From Acidobacteriota bacterium (GTDB lineage Bacteria > Acidobacteriota > Blastocatellia > RBC074): a DNA stretch of 64,000 nt. Made by a program: the position numbers and the translations under genes. The stretch lies in NCBI GenBank assembly GCA_031423495.1, contig JANPFP010000152.1, forward strand, positions 2,168 to 66,167. Reading direction: 5' to 3'. This document shows, piece by piece, positions 47,408 to 57,400 of this stretch. Positions within the stretch are counted from its first letter, which is position 1. The number at the start of each line of letters is the position of its first letter. The notes beneath the pieces were generated by a model. That model was not told the DNA's origin, did not search any database, and saw only the letters and a list, made by a program, of their open reading frames with translations.

Positions 47408-48856
47408 ATGAGTATGGCAATCAATCAATTCGTCATCATCCGCAATGATCTGGAAACCGACCCGGTGTCGCTCGAAACCGAAGGGCTGACCATCGGACGG
47501 CTCATCGGCAATGACCTCGTACTCAATCACCGCGCGGTCTCGCGCACGCACGCGGGCATCAAGGAAGTCAAAGGCGCTTACTGGATTTTCAATCTTTCGC
47601 ATGCCAACGGGACTTTGGTGAACGGCGATCTGGTTGAGAGCGTACCGCTGGCCGATGGCGATTTGATTCAAATCGGGCCGTTCATGCTGCGCCCAGAATA
47701 TACGCGCGACGGCCTGACGCTGACGGTCGAGATGAGCGTCAAACCTTTGCCGCTGGTCGCTGGCCGCACCGGCACGTTGTCATTGCCCGGCCAGACCGGT
47801 GAGACGGTGATGCTCGCCCGAAACCTGCTGCCCAAGTCTGAGCCGCTCACCAAAGCGCGAGCGACCCAGCGGCTCACCAGCACAGGCGTGCATACGGGCG
47901 ATCTCGAAGCGCCTGACGCGCGCGCGCTCAAAGTTTTTTGGGACAATCGCAAACGCGAAGCAGGCAAGCTCGAAATGCCTTCGCCGCTGCGACCGCAAGG
48001 CCGGCGGCGTTTCGGCAAGGCGCGCTTTTATTGGCGACCGACGGACGACCTGCGACGCGCCTGGCCGCTTTCATTGCTGGTGTGGAGCGCGTTGCTCGTC
48101 GCGGCGCTCGCGGTGGCAGCGACCTTCGTTTTCAAGGACGCTTATTCGCCCGGTGAACTCTCGGCATCGCATGTCCGCAATAATTTTTTGCTGACGCCGG
48201 CCATCGCCCACGCGCCGAACGCGGCGTCCTGCACGACCTGTCACTCAGCGCAAGCGACGATGCAACGGAACTGCGCCGCTTGTCATACGACGCCCGCCTT
48301 CGATTCGTCGCTGTCAGAGAAACACACGATGGCGGGACTTAGTTGCACCGCTTGCCACACCGAACATCAAGGCCGCGACTTCAGCCCCGCGCAGGTGGCG
48401 AGCAATGGTTGCACAACCTGCCATCACGACGGGTCAGTCTCGCACGGCAAGCCACTGCGCACGCCGCACGGAGGCACGCTCGGCTATCCGTTGACGAACG
48501 GTAAGTGGGAATGGGCAGGCGTGACGCAAGCCGCGTGGCAGCGCAAGGGATTGCCGCGCGCGGCGACGCATTACGACCTGAGCGAGCAATTCCATCTCGT
48601 ACACCTTGCGGGACAGCGGCAAGGTCGCGCGAATTGTTCTGACTGCCACACCGCCGGATTCAAGGGCGAAGCCGTGCGGCAAGGCGTGCGCGAATCGTGC
48701 GCGACTTGTCACAGCGTCAGCTATCAAGTGGCGAGCACAAAAGAAGCGGCGACAGGTTGCGTCGCCTGCCACGCGCAGCACGGCGAAGAGAAAGCCTTGC
48801 GCGCTTCACGACGGCGCATGGAGTTGGTCACAGACATTCAAAAGGCGGTGCAATGA
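47408..48856 (+). CDS. FHA domain + single TM + periplasmic heptaheme cytochrome c
   Basis: FHA motifs TIGR...VSRTHA...NGTLVNG, TM LSLLVWSALLVAALAVAATFVF, and 7 CxxCH motifs. Confidence 0.88.
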   Translation: MSMAINQFVIIRNDLETDPVSLETEGLTIGRLIGNDLVLNHRAVSRTHAGIKEVKGAYWIFNLSHANGTLVNGDLVESVPLADGDLIQIGPFMLRPEYTRDGLTLTVEMSVKPLPLVAGRTGTLSLPGQTGETVMLARNLLPKSEPLTKARATQRLTSTGVHTGDLEAPDARALKVFWDNRKREAGKLEMPSPLRPQGRRRFGKARFYWRPTDDLRRAWPLSLLVWSALLVAALAVAATFVFKDAYSPGELSASHVRNNFLLTPAIAHAPNAASCTTCHSAQATMQRNCAACHTTPAFDSSLSEKHTMAGLSCTACHTEHQGRDFSPAQVASNGCTTCHHDGSVSHGKPLRTPHGGTLGYPLTNGKWEWAGVTQAAWQRKGLPRAATHYDLSEQFHLVHLAGQRQGRANCSDCHTAGFKGEAVRQGVRESCATCHSVSYQVASTKEAATGCVACHAQHGEEKALRASRRRMELVTDIQKAVQ

Positions 48857-50523
48857 AAAGAGCGCAACTCATCATCACGCTGTTGCTGCTGGCGCTTTTG
48901 CTCGCACTCGGCTTTGCCTTTCGCCTGCCCGCGAATTACGGCGCGCTGCCGTGGTTTGGTTGGCTTGTGCTGGCAGCTTGCGCGCTCGGCTTGGGCTTCG
49001 GCTTTGTTGCACTTGATACGGCCAAGCGGCGCAAATACATTTTCGCGCCTGCCAGCGAAGCCAAGCCCCAAGTGCCCAGAACTTCGGCGTTGTTGCCGAT
49101 CATCACCGACCCGAACCGTCCGCCTTATCCGCATCCGGTTATCAATCAGCAAACCTGCATCGGCTGCCACGCCTGCGTCGAAGCCTGTCCGCACGATGTG
49201 CTGGCAATGGTGAACGGCCTCGCCGTGGCGATTGCCATTGACCAATGCGTAGAGGACACAAGCTGTCAGGTCGAATGCCCTACGAATCCCAAATCCTGCA
49301 TCGTCATCAATACGAGCAAGACGATTCCCGAACGTCAGGTGCCGCAGCGCAACCGGCAATTCATGACAGACGTACCCGGCCTTTACCTCATCGGCGACGT
49401 ATCGGGCGTGCCGCTCATCAAGAACGCGATCAACGAAGGCGGCGACGTCATCCAGCACATCGCCAACGAACTCAAGCATGCAGAAAATCAAGACGCCGCC
49501 GATTACGACGTAGCCATCATTGGCATCGGGCCTGCCGGACTCTCAGCCACCGCCCGCGCCAAAGAACTTGGGTTGAGTTACGTCGCTATTGAACAGGGTC
49601 AAGCCCTGGCCGCCATCCAACAGGCTTATCAGGCGGGCAAACTGGTTTACTTCAAGCCCGATGAAGTTGAAGTGACGGGCGGCATTCCGCTGCCCGACGC
49701 GCCTGCTCCGAAAGAAACGATGATCTCAATGTGGTTGGAGACGCTGAAGTCTCAGCAACTTCGGATCAATGAATTTGAGAGTTGCAAAAACATAGAGCCG
49801 GACGGCCCGAGCGGCAATGCCTTCGTCATCACGACCGTGCCAGACAAAACCAGACTGCCGACGCAATACAAAGTTCGCCGCGTGATTCTGGCGATTGGCA
49901 ATCGAGGCACTCCCATGCGTTTGAGAGCGCCGGGTGAAGAACTGAAAATCGAAGTGACGCCGACCGAACCGGTCTTGCCCGCTTTCTGTAACAAGTGCGG
50001 CGAAAAGCGCACGCGCCAAGCCAAGTTCTGCCGCGAGTGCGGCACGGAATACGTCGGCATCGTTCCGCCGTCTTTCGCGGACGACAAGGTTAAGTACCGG
50101 CTGAGTGACCCGAACCATTACCAAGGCAAACACTGCTTGATCGTCGGCGCAGGCAACTCCGCCGTCGAGACCGCCGTAGACCTGGCGGCTTATCGTTCGG
50201 CGGACGGCAGCCAGATCACCGGCTGGCGCGACAACACGGTGACGCTCGTGATTCGCAGCGATTTCAGAAGCGATCTCAAACTCGGCAACAAGATGATGAT
50301 TTATGAGTGCATTGACGAAGGCCGCATCAACGCCTGCTTCGGCGTCACGGTGAAAGAGATCACGACAACCGAAGTCGCGCTCATGGACGCGCGCGCGCGT
50401 GACTCGTTGACGGCTCAGGAAAAGGCGCGCGTCAAAAACGATTACGTCTTTGCGCTCATCGGGGGCGACAAGCCGACCGGGTTTTTAGAACGGTTGGGCA
50501 TCAAGATTGGGCAGGGATCGTGA
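48853..50523 (+). CDS. Membrane-anchored 2x[4Fe-4S] ferredoxin + thioredoxin-reductase-like FAD/NAD(P) oxidoreductase with zinc-ribbon insert
   Basis: ATG at 48853 overlaps the upstream stop (ATGA). Two N-terminal TMs, CIGCHACVEACP, CVEDTSCQVECP, IGIGPAGL, CNKC...CREC, IVGAGNSA. Confidence 0.87.
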   Translation: MKRAQLIITLLLLALLLALGFAFRLPANYGALPWFGWLVLAACALGLGFGFVALDTAKRRKYIFAPASEAKPQVPRTSALLPIITDPNRPPYPHPVINQQTCIGCHACVEACPHDVLAMVNGLAVAIAIDQCVEDTSCQVECPTNPKSCIVINTSKTIPERQVPQRNRQFMTDVPGLYLIGDVSGVPLIKNAINEGGDVIQHIANELKHAENQDAADYDVAIIGIGPAGLSATARAKELGLSYVAIEQGQALAAIQQAYQAGKLVYFKPDEVEVTGGIPLPDAPAPKETMISMWLETLKSQQLRINEFESCKNIEPDGPSGNAFVITTVPDKTRLPTQYKVRRVILAIGNRGTPMRLRAPGEELKIEVTPTEPVLPAFCNKCGEKRTRQAKFCRECGTEYVGIVPPSFADDKVKYRLSDPNHYQGKHCLIVGAGNSAVETAVDLAAYRSADGSQITGWRDNTVTLVIRSDFRSDLKLGNKMMIYECIDEGRINACFGVTVKEITTTEVALMDARARDSLTAQEKARVKNDYVFALIGGDKPTGFLERLGIKIGQGS

Positions 50524-50536
50524 GCGACTTGGTGAC

Positions 50537-51880
50537 TCACGCCCCTCGTACCGCCAACGTAACTCGTTGATAGTCTTTCAACGTGATGAGCGCAATGGCG
50601 ACGCCCAGCAGCGGCATCAGCGCAGCCATAAAGAAAATCGGAGTGTAACCAGTTCGATCAACAATGATGCCGGTGATGAGCGGGAACATTATTCCGCTGA
50701 CGCCGTTTGCCACACCGGTCAAACCCGTCACGCGCGCGACGGCAGAGTTAGGGAATACATCCGACACAGACGCGAACATATTGGCTGACAGAAAAGTATG
50801 TCCTAACAGAATCAGCGAGATCAGCCCGATGGCAACAACGATGCTACCAGTCATTGGAACCAGAAAGCTAAGCAGGCAAAGCGCCGCGCCGAACAGCAAC
50901 GTTGCCTGTCTGGTAGAGTTCACCCGCCAGCTTTTGCTCAATAGCCATGCGGCTGCCAGCCCGCCGCCGATGCTGCCGATGTCGCCGAACAGGAAAGTGA
51001 CAGAGTTGAAATACGCGCTGTCTTTAATGCTTAGGCCGCGTACGTCACGAAAGTATTTTGGCATCCAGTAAAGATAAAACTCGACGACCGGGCCGACCCA
51101 GAAACGGCAGAGCATCAAGCCCCAGGTTTGTTTCAACTTGAGCAAATCCCAATTGCTGGGCGATGAGTACGTAGTACCGCCTTCAGGCGGAATCTCGCGC
51201 GCGTGAACGCTTCCGCCTGAAGGCGGTACTACGTACTCATCGCTGTTGATGTGCGCGAGTTCGGCCTGACTGACCGAAGGATGTTCGTTGGGTTGGCGAT
51301 AAGTGAACCACCAGACCAGCACCCAAACCATGCCTAACAGACTGGGTACGAGAAAGCCCATGCGCCAGCCGAAATGTTCGCGGATCGGGATAATCAAAAA
51401 CGCCGCGACGAACGAACCGAACATCGAAGCGCTGTTAAAAACGCCAATGGCAAAGGCGCGTTCGCGGACGGGGAACCAACTGGCTACGATCTTGTTGCCG
51501 CCCGAATAGTTGCCGCATTCGCCCGTACCCAGCCAAAACCGAAATATGCGAAAGTGCCAGATCGAAGTCGAAAGCGCGTGCATTCCGTTGCCGACCGACC
51601 ACCACAGCACCGCGAAGGCTAGGCCGATGCGTACGCCGACACGATCCATCAGCATGCCCATCGGGAATTCGCCCAGCATCATGCCGAAGCGAAACCACGA
51701 GACAATCGTGCCGAAAGCCGTATTCGATAATTTGTATTCGTCGGTGATGTCATTGCCGAGTACGGCGAGGGCCTGGCGATCTACGAAATTGATGACGGTG
51801 ACGAAAAACAAAAGGGCGAGCATCCACCAACGGACTTGGCGATACCACGGCGGCATAGATGATGTCGGGGCAGTTTGCAT
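50537..51880 (-). CDS. MFS transporter, ACS/ExuT-like sugar-acid permease
   Basis: RWWMLALLFFVTVINFVDRQAL, MDRVGVR, FRFWLGTGE, WFPVRERAFAIG, and about 12 TM segments. Confidence 0.92.
   Translation of the reverse strand: MQTAPTSSMPPWYRQVRWWMLALLFFVTVINFVDRQALAVLGNDITDEYKLSNTAFGTIVSWFRFGMMLGEFPMGMLMDRVGVRIGLAFAVLWWSVGNGMHALSTSIWHFRIFRFWLGTGECGNYSGGNKIVASWFPVRERAFAIGVFNSASMFGSFVAAFLIIPIREHFGWRMGFLVPSLLGMVWVLVWWFTYRQPNEHPSVSQAELAHINSDEYVVPPSGGSVHAREIPPEGGTTYSSPSNWDLLKLKQTWGLMLCRFWVGPVVEFYLYWMPKYFRDVRGLSIKDSAYFNSVTFLFGDIGSIGGGLAAAWLLSKSWRVNSTRQATLLFGAALCLLSFLVPMTGSIVVAIGLISLILLGHTFLSANMFASVSDVFPNSAVARVTGLTGVANGVSGIMFPLITGIIVDRTGYTPIFFMAALMPLLGVAIALITLKDYQRVTLAVRGA
51163..51240. repeat. REP-like inverted pair inserted in frame inside the MFS gene
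   Basis: 30-bp perfect inverted repeat (51163-51192 and 51211-51240), 78 bp in total, same family as 18111 and 23733. Confidence 0.9.
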
Positions 51881-51893
51881 CGGGGCGAGTTGG

Positions 51894-52601
51894 TTATGGT
51901 TTATGCGCTTGTACCCATTGGCGGAAGCTGCGTCGCATGCTGTTCACGCCGTTCGCCTTGCCATTTTGAATCGCTGTGACCAACGCCTCTGCGATCAGGA
52001 AAGGAAAGATTTTGCTATGCGCGACTCGTTGATAAGCGCCATCCGCTAACTCATAAAATTCGATTTTCCTTTCGTTGTAACGCCACAGTTCGCCAATGCC
52101 CAGCCCCGCATAAATCGGCAGTTTGCTTAAAGAAGGATTGGTGACATCCACTTCGATTGCCAGATCGGGTGGCGCGTCGTAATCGAGATTGACGCGCTCT
52201 TTGCCGAGAATACGTTGCAGGTTTTCGATATAAAAAGTGTCATCAGCTTCCGCGCCCTTTTCAGCGCGTTCACTCGTCATCGTCATCGAACCGGTGCTGG
52301 TATATTCAAGCCCCAGCTCTTCCGTCAGCACTTGCACCAACTGGCCGAAGAAGCGTGCCTCGTTATCGTCTTGCAATGAGACGCTCATAATTTCCATCTT
52401 CCCCCGGTTGTAGCTGATGCGAATGCGACGAATACCCATCAAGTCTTCCACCAGTTGGGCGTAAACTTTCCACGGCACTTCTTCCAGAAAGAACCGGCTG
52501 CCTCTCGGCATGGATTGGATAATGATGTGGTAATTAGGACGGCTCGGTGCGGCAACTGCACTCGTAATTAACTCCTTCTTGTAAGGTTCGATCAGCATCA
52601 T
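51894..52601 (-). CDS. Uma2 (DUF820) family endonuclease-fold protein
   Basis: VPWKVYAQL, RISYNRGKMEIM, GAEADDTFYI, PPDLAIEVD, IYAGLGIGELWRY. Confidence 0.88.
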   Translation of the reverse strand: MMLIEPYKKELITSAVAAPSRPNYHIIIQSMPRGSRFFLEEVPWKVYAQLVEDLMGIRRIRISYNRGKMEIMSVSLQDDNEARFFGQLVQVLTEELGLEYTSTGSMTMTSERAEKGAEADDTFYIENLQRILGKERVNLDYDAPPDLAIEVDVTNPSLSKLPIYAGLGIGELWRYNERKIEFYELADGAYQRVAHSKIFPFLIAEALVTAIQNGKANGVNSMRRSFRQWVQAHKP

Positions 52602-52615
52602 AACATCGCTTTGTT

Positions 52616-53530
52616 TTAAGCGTATATCGGCAGCAACACTCGCTTAACATAATCCATACTGATCGTCGCCGACTCGCGTGGCGTCAACGTAGTAGCGTCT
52701 TGCTCGATATTCACCCATCCACTAAAACGAATCTCTTTGAGCAGTCGCATCACGCCGGGGAAATCAATTTCGCCCTTACCCAATTCGCGCAGGTTCGGTT
52801 TGAAATCAGGTCGCACGAAAGGTCGCACGCAGTCTTTGAAATGAAAGTAATTGAGCCGCGTTTTGTATTTGCGGCAAATCGCCACGACATCGCCGCCCGC
52901 GAGGTGGATATGTCCGGTGTCGGCTGATAAATGCACATAGCGCGCATCGGTCGTCGCCATCGCCAGATCAATTTCGGCAGGCGTTTCGACGAGCGTGTTC
53001 AGGTGCGGATGCAAACCGATTTGCAAGCCTTGATCTTTAGCTCGTTTGCCGATTTCGTTAAGCAACGGAGCCTGTTGTTTGATCAGCGCGTTACGGTCGG
53101 CATTGGCCGGAACTCCCGGAGGGCCAATGATGATATGTTTAACATTGAACTCTTTCAGCAAGGCAAAACGTTTCGTAGCGTCCTGCCAAATTTCTTCGCG
53201 CTTGGTCGTGTCGTGAAACGGCGCGCTGAAATAATTGCCTGAGACGGTGAGCTTCTTTTCGGCCAGCAAGGTTTTGCACGTAGCCGCCGTCAAGCCGAAT
53301 CGTTCGAGTTCGTTGGCGAGCGGAGAGAACTCAATGCCGTTCGCGCCCATATTCGCTAAATCTTTCATCGCATCTTGCAGCGTAAGCGTCTGGCCTTTGA
53401 AATTGCGCCACAGCAAAAAGCCCTGCGCCCAGCGGATGCGAGCAGTTTGCGCCGCAGCGAATGAAGGCACGCTGGCGGTAACCAAGGTGCCTGCAAGAAA
53501 TTTGAGTACATCGCGTCGTGTGGTTTCCAT
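52616..53530 (-). CDS. Tat-exported sugar phosphate isomerase/epimerase (xylose-isomerase-like TIM barrel, IolE-like)
   Basis: METTRRDVLKFL Tat signal (ATG at 53530), GLHPHLNT, DTGHIH, HFKD, ELGKGEIDF, NIEQD. Confidence 0.88.
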   Translation of the reverse strand: METTRRDVLKFLAGTLVTASVPSFAAAQTARIRWAQGFLLWRNFKGQTLTLQDAMKDLANMGANGIEFSPLANELERFGLTAATCKTLLAEKKLTVSGNYFSAPFHDTTKREEIWQDATKRFALLKEFNVKHIIIGPPGVPANADRNALIKQQAPLLNEIGKRAKDQGLQIGLHPHLNTLVETPAEIDLAMATTDARYVHLSADTGHIHLAGGDVVAICRKYKTRLNYFHFKDCVRPFVRPDFKPNLRELGKGEIDFPGVMRLLKEIRFSGWVNIEQDATTLTPRESATISMDYVKRVLLPIYA

Positions 53531-53534
53531 CAGT

Positions 53535-54374
53535 TTAGGTAGTGATCTTGTCACCTTTGCCATCCATAAAGTCTTTGTTCTTATCGCCGACCCAATAGCG
53601 CGCGCCAGCGATGCACCAGATGAATTCGAGCGGCGATTCCTGCGAAAAGACCGGGTGGTAATTCATCATCGGAATCGTCACGAGATCGCCTTCGTTGACG
53701 CTCGTAACAAAGCACATCTTTTCAGGCGACTCATAAACTTCCATCGCGCCGTGGCCTTTGATGAAGATGTAAGTCTCTTCCTGATCGGTGTGATTGTGCG
53801 GCGGCCACGAGCGTTGATGCGCTTGAAAGAACGTATATCCCGCGATGAGTTTGTCGGCGGCTTCGGGTACGTCGAACATCATGAATACGTCTTTGCCCGA
53901 CAGCTTGCGGATGCGGTCTTCGCGTTGGGAGTATTCAGCGAAGGACGAGTAATGCACGGGATGCACATTGTCGGCGGAGGCCGAACAGCGAATCACTTTG
54001 GCAAGGTCAGCCGACGAATTGGAAATTTGATATTGCGCGCCTTTGGGGATGTAAAGCGTGTCGTAAGGCGCAAGCGTAAACGTTGTGTCGTTGATGCTTA
54101 CGTTGACGCAGCCTTTCCACATAAACAACAGGCTTTCGTCAGCGGCGTGCGCGAGCTCACCAGAAGATGCTCCGGCGGCGAGTTCGTATTCGGCGCAACT
54201 CAGCCAATTCAAGTTGGCAGGTGTGGCGGTGAAGCGTTCACGGAAGCCTGATCCATCAACGACGGAATCAGCGTATTTGAACAACACACCGGGTTTGACG
54301 GTGTCGCTTTTGTGAATCGGATCAACGACAGTTGATGGGGCTACGGCTAATTGAACAGCTTGTGAAGTGGACAT
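53535..54374 (-). CDS. Bicupin, 5-deoxyglucuronate isomerase (IolB/KduI)-like
   Basis: Two cupin halves with WPPHNHTDQEETY and GDLVTIPMMNYHP. The start is 54374 or 54383. Confidence 0.72.
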   Translation of the reverse strand: MSTSQAVQLAVAPSTVVDPIHKSDTVKPGVLFKYADSVVDGSGFRERFTATPANLNWLSCAEYELAAGASSGELAHAADESLLFMWKGCVNVSINDTTFTLAPYDTLYIPKGAQYQISNSSADLAKVIRCSASADNVHPVHYSSFAEYSQREDRIRKLSGKDVFMMFDVPEAADKLIAGYTFFQAHQRSWPPHNHTDQEETYIFIKGHGAMEVYESPEKMCFVTSVNEGDLVTIPMMNYHPVFSQESPLEFIWCIAGARYWVGDKNKDFMDGKGDKITT

Positions 54375-54393
54375 GATTTTCATTCAAAAAAAT

Positions 54394-54445
54394 CGGTAGC
54401 CAGTTGTTGATAAAACTGACAACTGGCTACCGACAACTGACAACT
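54394..54445. repeat. Heptamer-type hairpin downstream of the TonB receptor gene (possible terminator)
   Basis: cggtagccagttg ... caactggctaccg followed by acaactgacaact. Confidence 0.6.
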
Positions 54446-54448
54446 AAA

Positions 54449-57400
54449 TTAGTACTCCAGCCGCAGCGCAAACTGCCACTGCCGCGGCGTCGCCGATTGC
54501 AGCATGCTGGTGATGCGGCCTGCTATGCCCGGGCAATCCACGCACGCACCGTTGCCGCCGACCCCAGGGTTGGCGAGGTTGATGCGGTTGGCGAAGTTGA
54601 ACGACTCGGCGCGGAATTGCGCTTTGACTCGTTCAGTGACCTGGAAGTTCTTGAAGAAGGACACGTCCAAATTCGAGAGTCCAGGGCCTTCCAACCGGTT
54701 GCGGCCTATGTTGCCGAAGGTGCCGGTGGCAGGGCGTTGCCAGGGGCCGTCTGCCGGACCGGTTGCGCGGAAGATCACCGTCGGGTCGCCCGGATTCGGC
54801 GAAGCGCCGTTTTGCAACGGAGCCGCAGCGGTGCGGAACCACTGATCGCGCGTCGGATTATCCAACCGATAATCGCCCACCAGATTGGGGCGGCACCAGC
54901 CCGTATCGCGTTCGGCGTTGCAATCACGATAAGACGGGGTGAAGGGCAAACCGCTCTGCAACTGCCACACCGTATTCATCTGCCATCCGCCTAACACAGC
55001 ATTGACGGCTTTGGGCGCGTCACCCATGAACTTCTTACCCTTGCCGAACGGCAACTCGAACACACCCGCCAACAAGAAAACGTGCGTGCGGGTTTGATCG
55101 TTCGGGCCATAAGCCTCTTTGGCGTCAATGTTGTAATAGGTGCCGGTGTAATTGAACGAGCGCGACCAGGTGTAATGGCTCAACACCGATACGCCTTTTG
55201 AGAAGCGGCGTTCGGCCTTGAACTGCGCGCCGTGATAATTGCTGCTCGCGTCAGAACCGTAGTAACGGAAGTTTTGCGACCAGCCGAATTTATTGAAGAA
55301 AAGCTTGCGTTGATTGGTCGTCAGACCGCGTCTGCCGTTCGCGTCAACGAAGCCCTGCACCGTCGCTTCATTGAAATTGTAGTCGCCGCCGTTACCCGCA
55401 AACACATGCGTGCCTTTGGTTCCGACGTAAGAAGCCTCAACCGAAATTTCACCCGGCAGTTGCCGTTGAATGGTGAGATTCCACTGATCGCTGGTGGGCA
55501 GGCGCAAGGTCTTCGGCAAGATGAACGCCGTCACGTTGTTGGGCAGAATCGGGCGGCCATTCGGTCCTTTGGGTTGATTTTCAAGAATCGTCTTGGGATC
55601 AAGCGCCGTCGGCCCTTGTGCCAGCGAGAAAACCGACAAATAGTTTTGCGCCGGTTGCAGCGATTGAATGCCCAACACCGGCAGGTTTTGCGTCACGTTG
55701 TGCCCGAACACCGAACCGAATACGCCGATGTCGAAACCGCGTCCGTAACCCATGCGCAACACGGTTTTATCGGTCAGGCGATAAGCCAAACCGAAGCGCG
55801 GCGAGATGTTCTTGAACGTGCCTTGTTGGTTCAGGTCAAGACCTACGCCTTGCGAACCGGCGATCAAAACTTCGCCTGTGTTGACGTCAATGAATCCGCC
55901 TTTGCCCGCGCCCGTCACCGTTTGCGGGCGATAGATTTCCCAACGCATACCATAGTTCAGCGTCAGTTTCTTGGTCGCCTTCCAGGTGTCTTGTCCATAG
56001 AAAAACCAGCGGTTCTGGCGCTCTTCAGCATCGGTGATCGTGCTGACGTAACGTTCAAAGCGGCTGACTTCTCCGAGCAGGAACGAGGCCAAGCCCGTGC
56101 CGCCGCCCGCAGGGCCTTGCGTGCGTGCCGCGTCGAAGTTCATTTCACCCGAACGATGACGGTCGGAAGGAATGCGCAAGTTGGCGGCGCGGCGAATGTC
56201 TGCGCCGAACTTGAAAGTGTGATTGCCGTTCAGATTCGTCCAGTTGTTGACGAATTGGAACTGCCGTTCGTTTTGTCGCAACGGACAGTTGCAAGCGTTC
56301 ACGCCCAACGCATAGCCGAAAGCGAAAGCGCCTACGCCGTTGATGTTAAAGAAGGGCATGCCGCCTGTGAACGAGTCGTTATTCAAGCCGGGAATGTTGT
56401 TGTCTTTCGCCGGAGTTGTTTGTGATTGTCCCGGATCAACGTTCACGCGATAGCGGAAGAAGCCGAAACGGAAGTCGGTCAGCCAGTTGCTGCTCACCGT
56501 GTAATCAAAGCCCGCCGCGACGCTTTGATTGCGCGATTTCGATTCGCCTGCAAAGGTCGAGCCTGGTTGGAAACCCACGCCGCCCGCGAGACTGCCGTAA
56601 ACGCCCGGCGAAGTCAGCGAGTAATTAGAAAAGCTGTAGCGGCCAAAAGCATGTACTTTTTCGCTGACGTAATAATCCCACCGCGTATTGGTAAGGTCTT
56701 CGTTGAAACCAACCGTCCCCGCGCCGACATAGTTCGGCTGGTCAGCCGAAGCCGGCGTGAAGTTCGGCAACGGAATGTATTTGTTAAGTAAGTTCACGGC
56801 TTGCGCCGACAAGCGATTGGTCGGAATGACGTTATTCCTGCCGTTGAATTGAAATTGCGTACGCGCCGCCGGAGCCGTGCTGCCCGCCGGATCGAAAATG
56901 TTCGGCAAGCCTGCGGCGCTGAAATCGCCCCCGCGCTCTGCCGCCGTCGGTACGCGCGTAATGACGCTGCCGCCGATGTTGCGCCGCGTGCCTTGATAAT
57001 CGGCGAACCAAAACAGTTTGTTCGCAATGATCTTGCCGCTGGCTGACCCGCCGAATTGATTGATCTGCGTCACGGGAATGTAGCGATTGTTCGTGCCGCG
57101 AATCGGATTGAATTGGGTGAACGGATTGCGCGCATTGAGATGATCGTTGCGCAAAAATTCAAACACCGAGAAGTGCAAACCGTTCGTCCCCGACTTGGTT
57201 TGCGAACTGACGACGCCCGCGTTCGCGCCAAACTCGGCGTCATAAGCCGAAGTCGTGACTTTGGCTTCAGTGACGGATTCCATCGTCGGATTGATGACGA
57301 TCAAACCGAGCAGCGCATCGTGGTTATCGGTTCCATCCAGCAAGTGCGAAGTGCCTGCGAAACTTTGTCCGTTGACGACTTTGCGGAAAGAACCTTGCGG

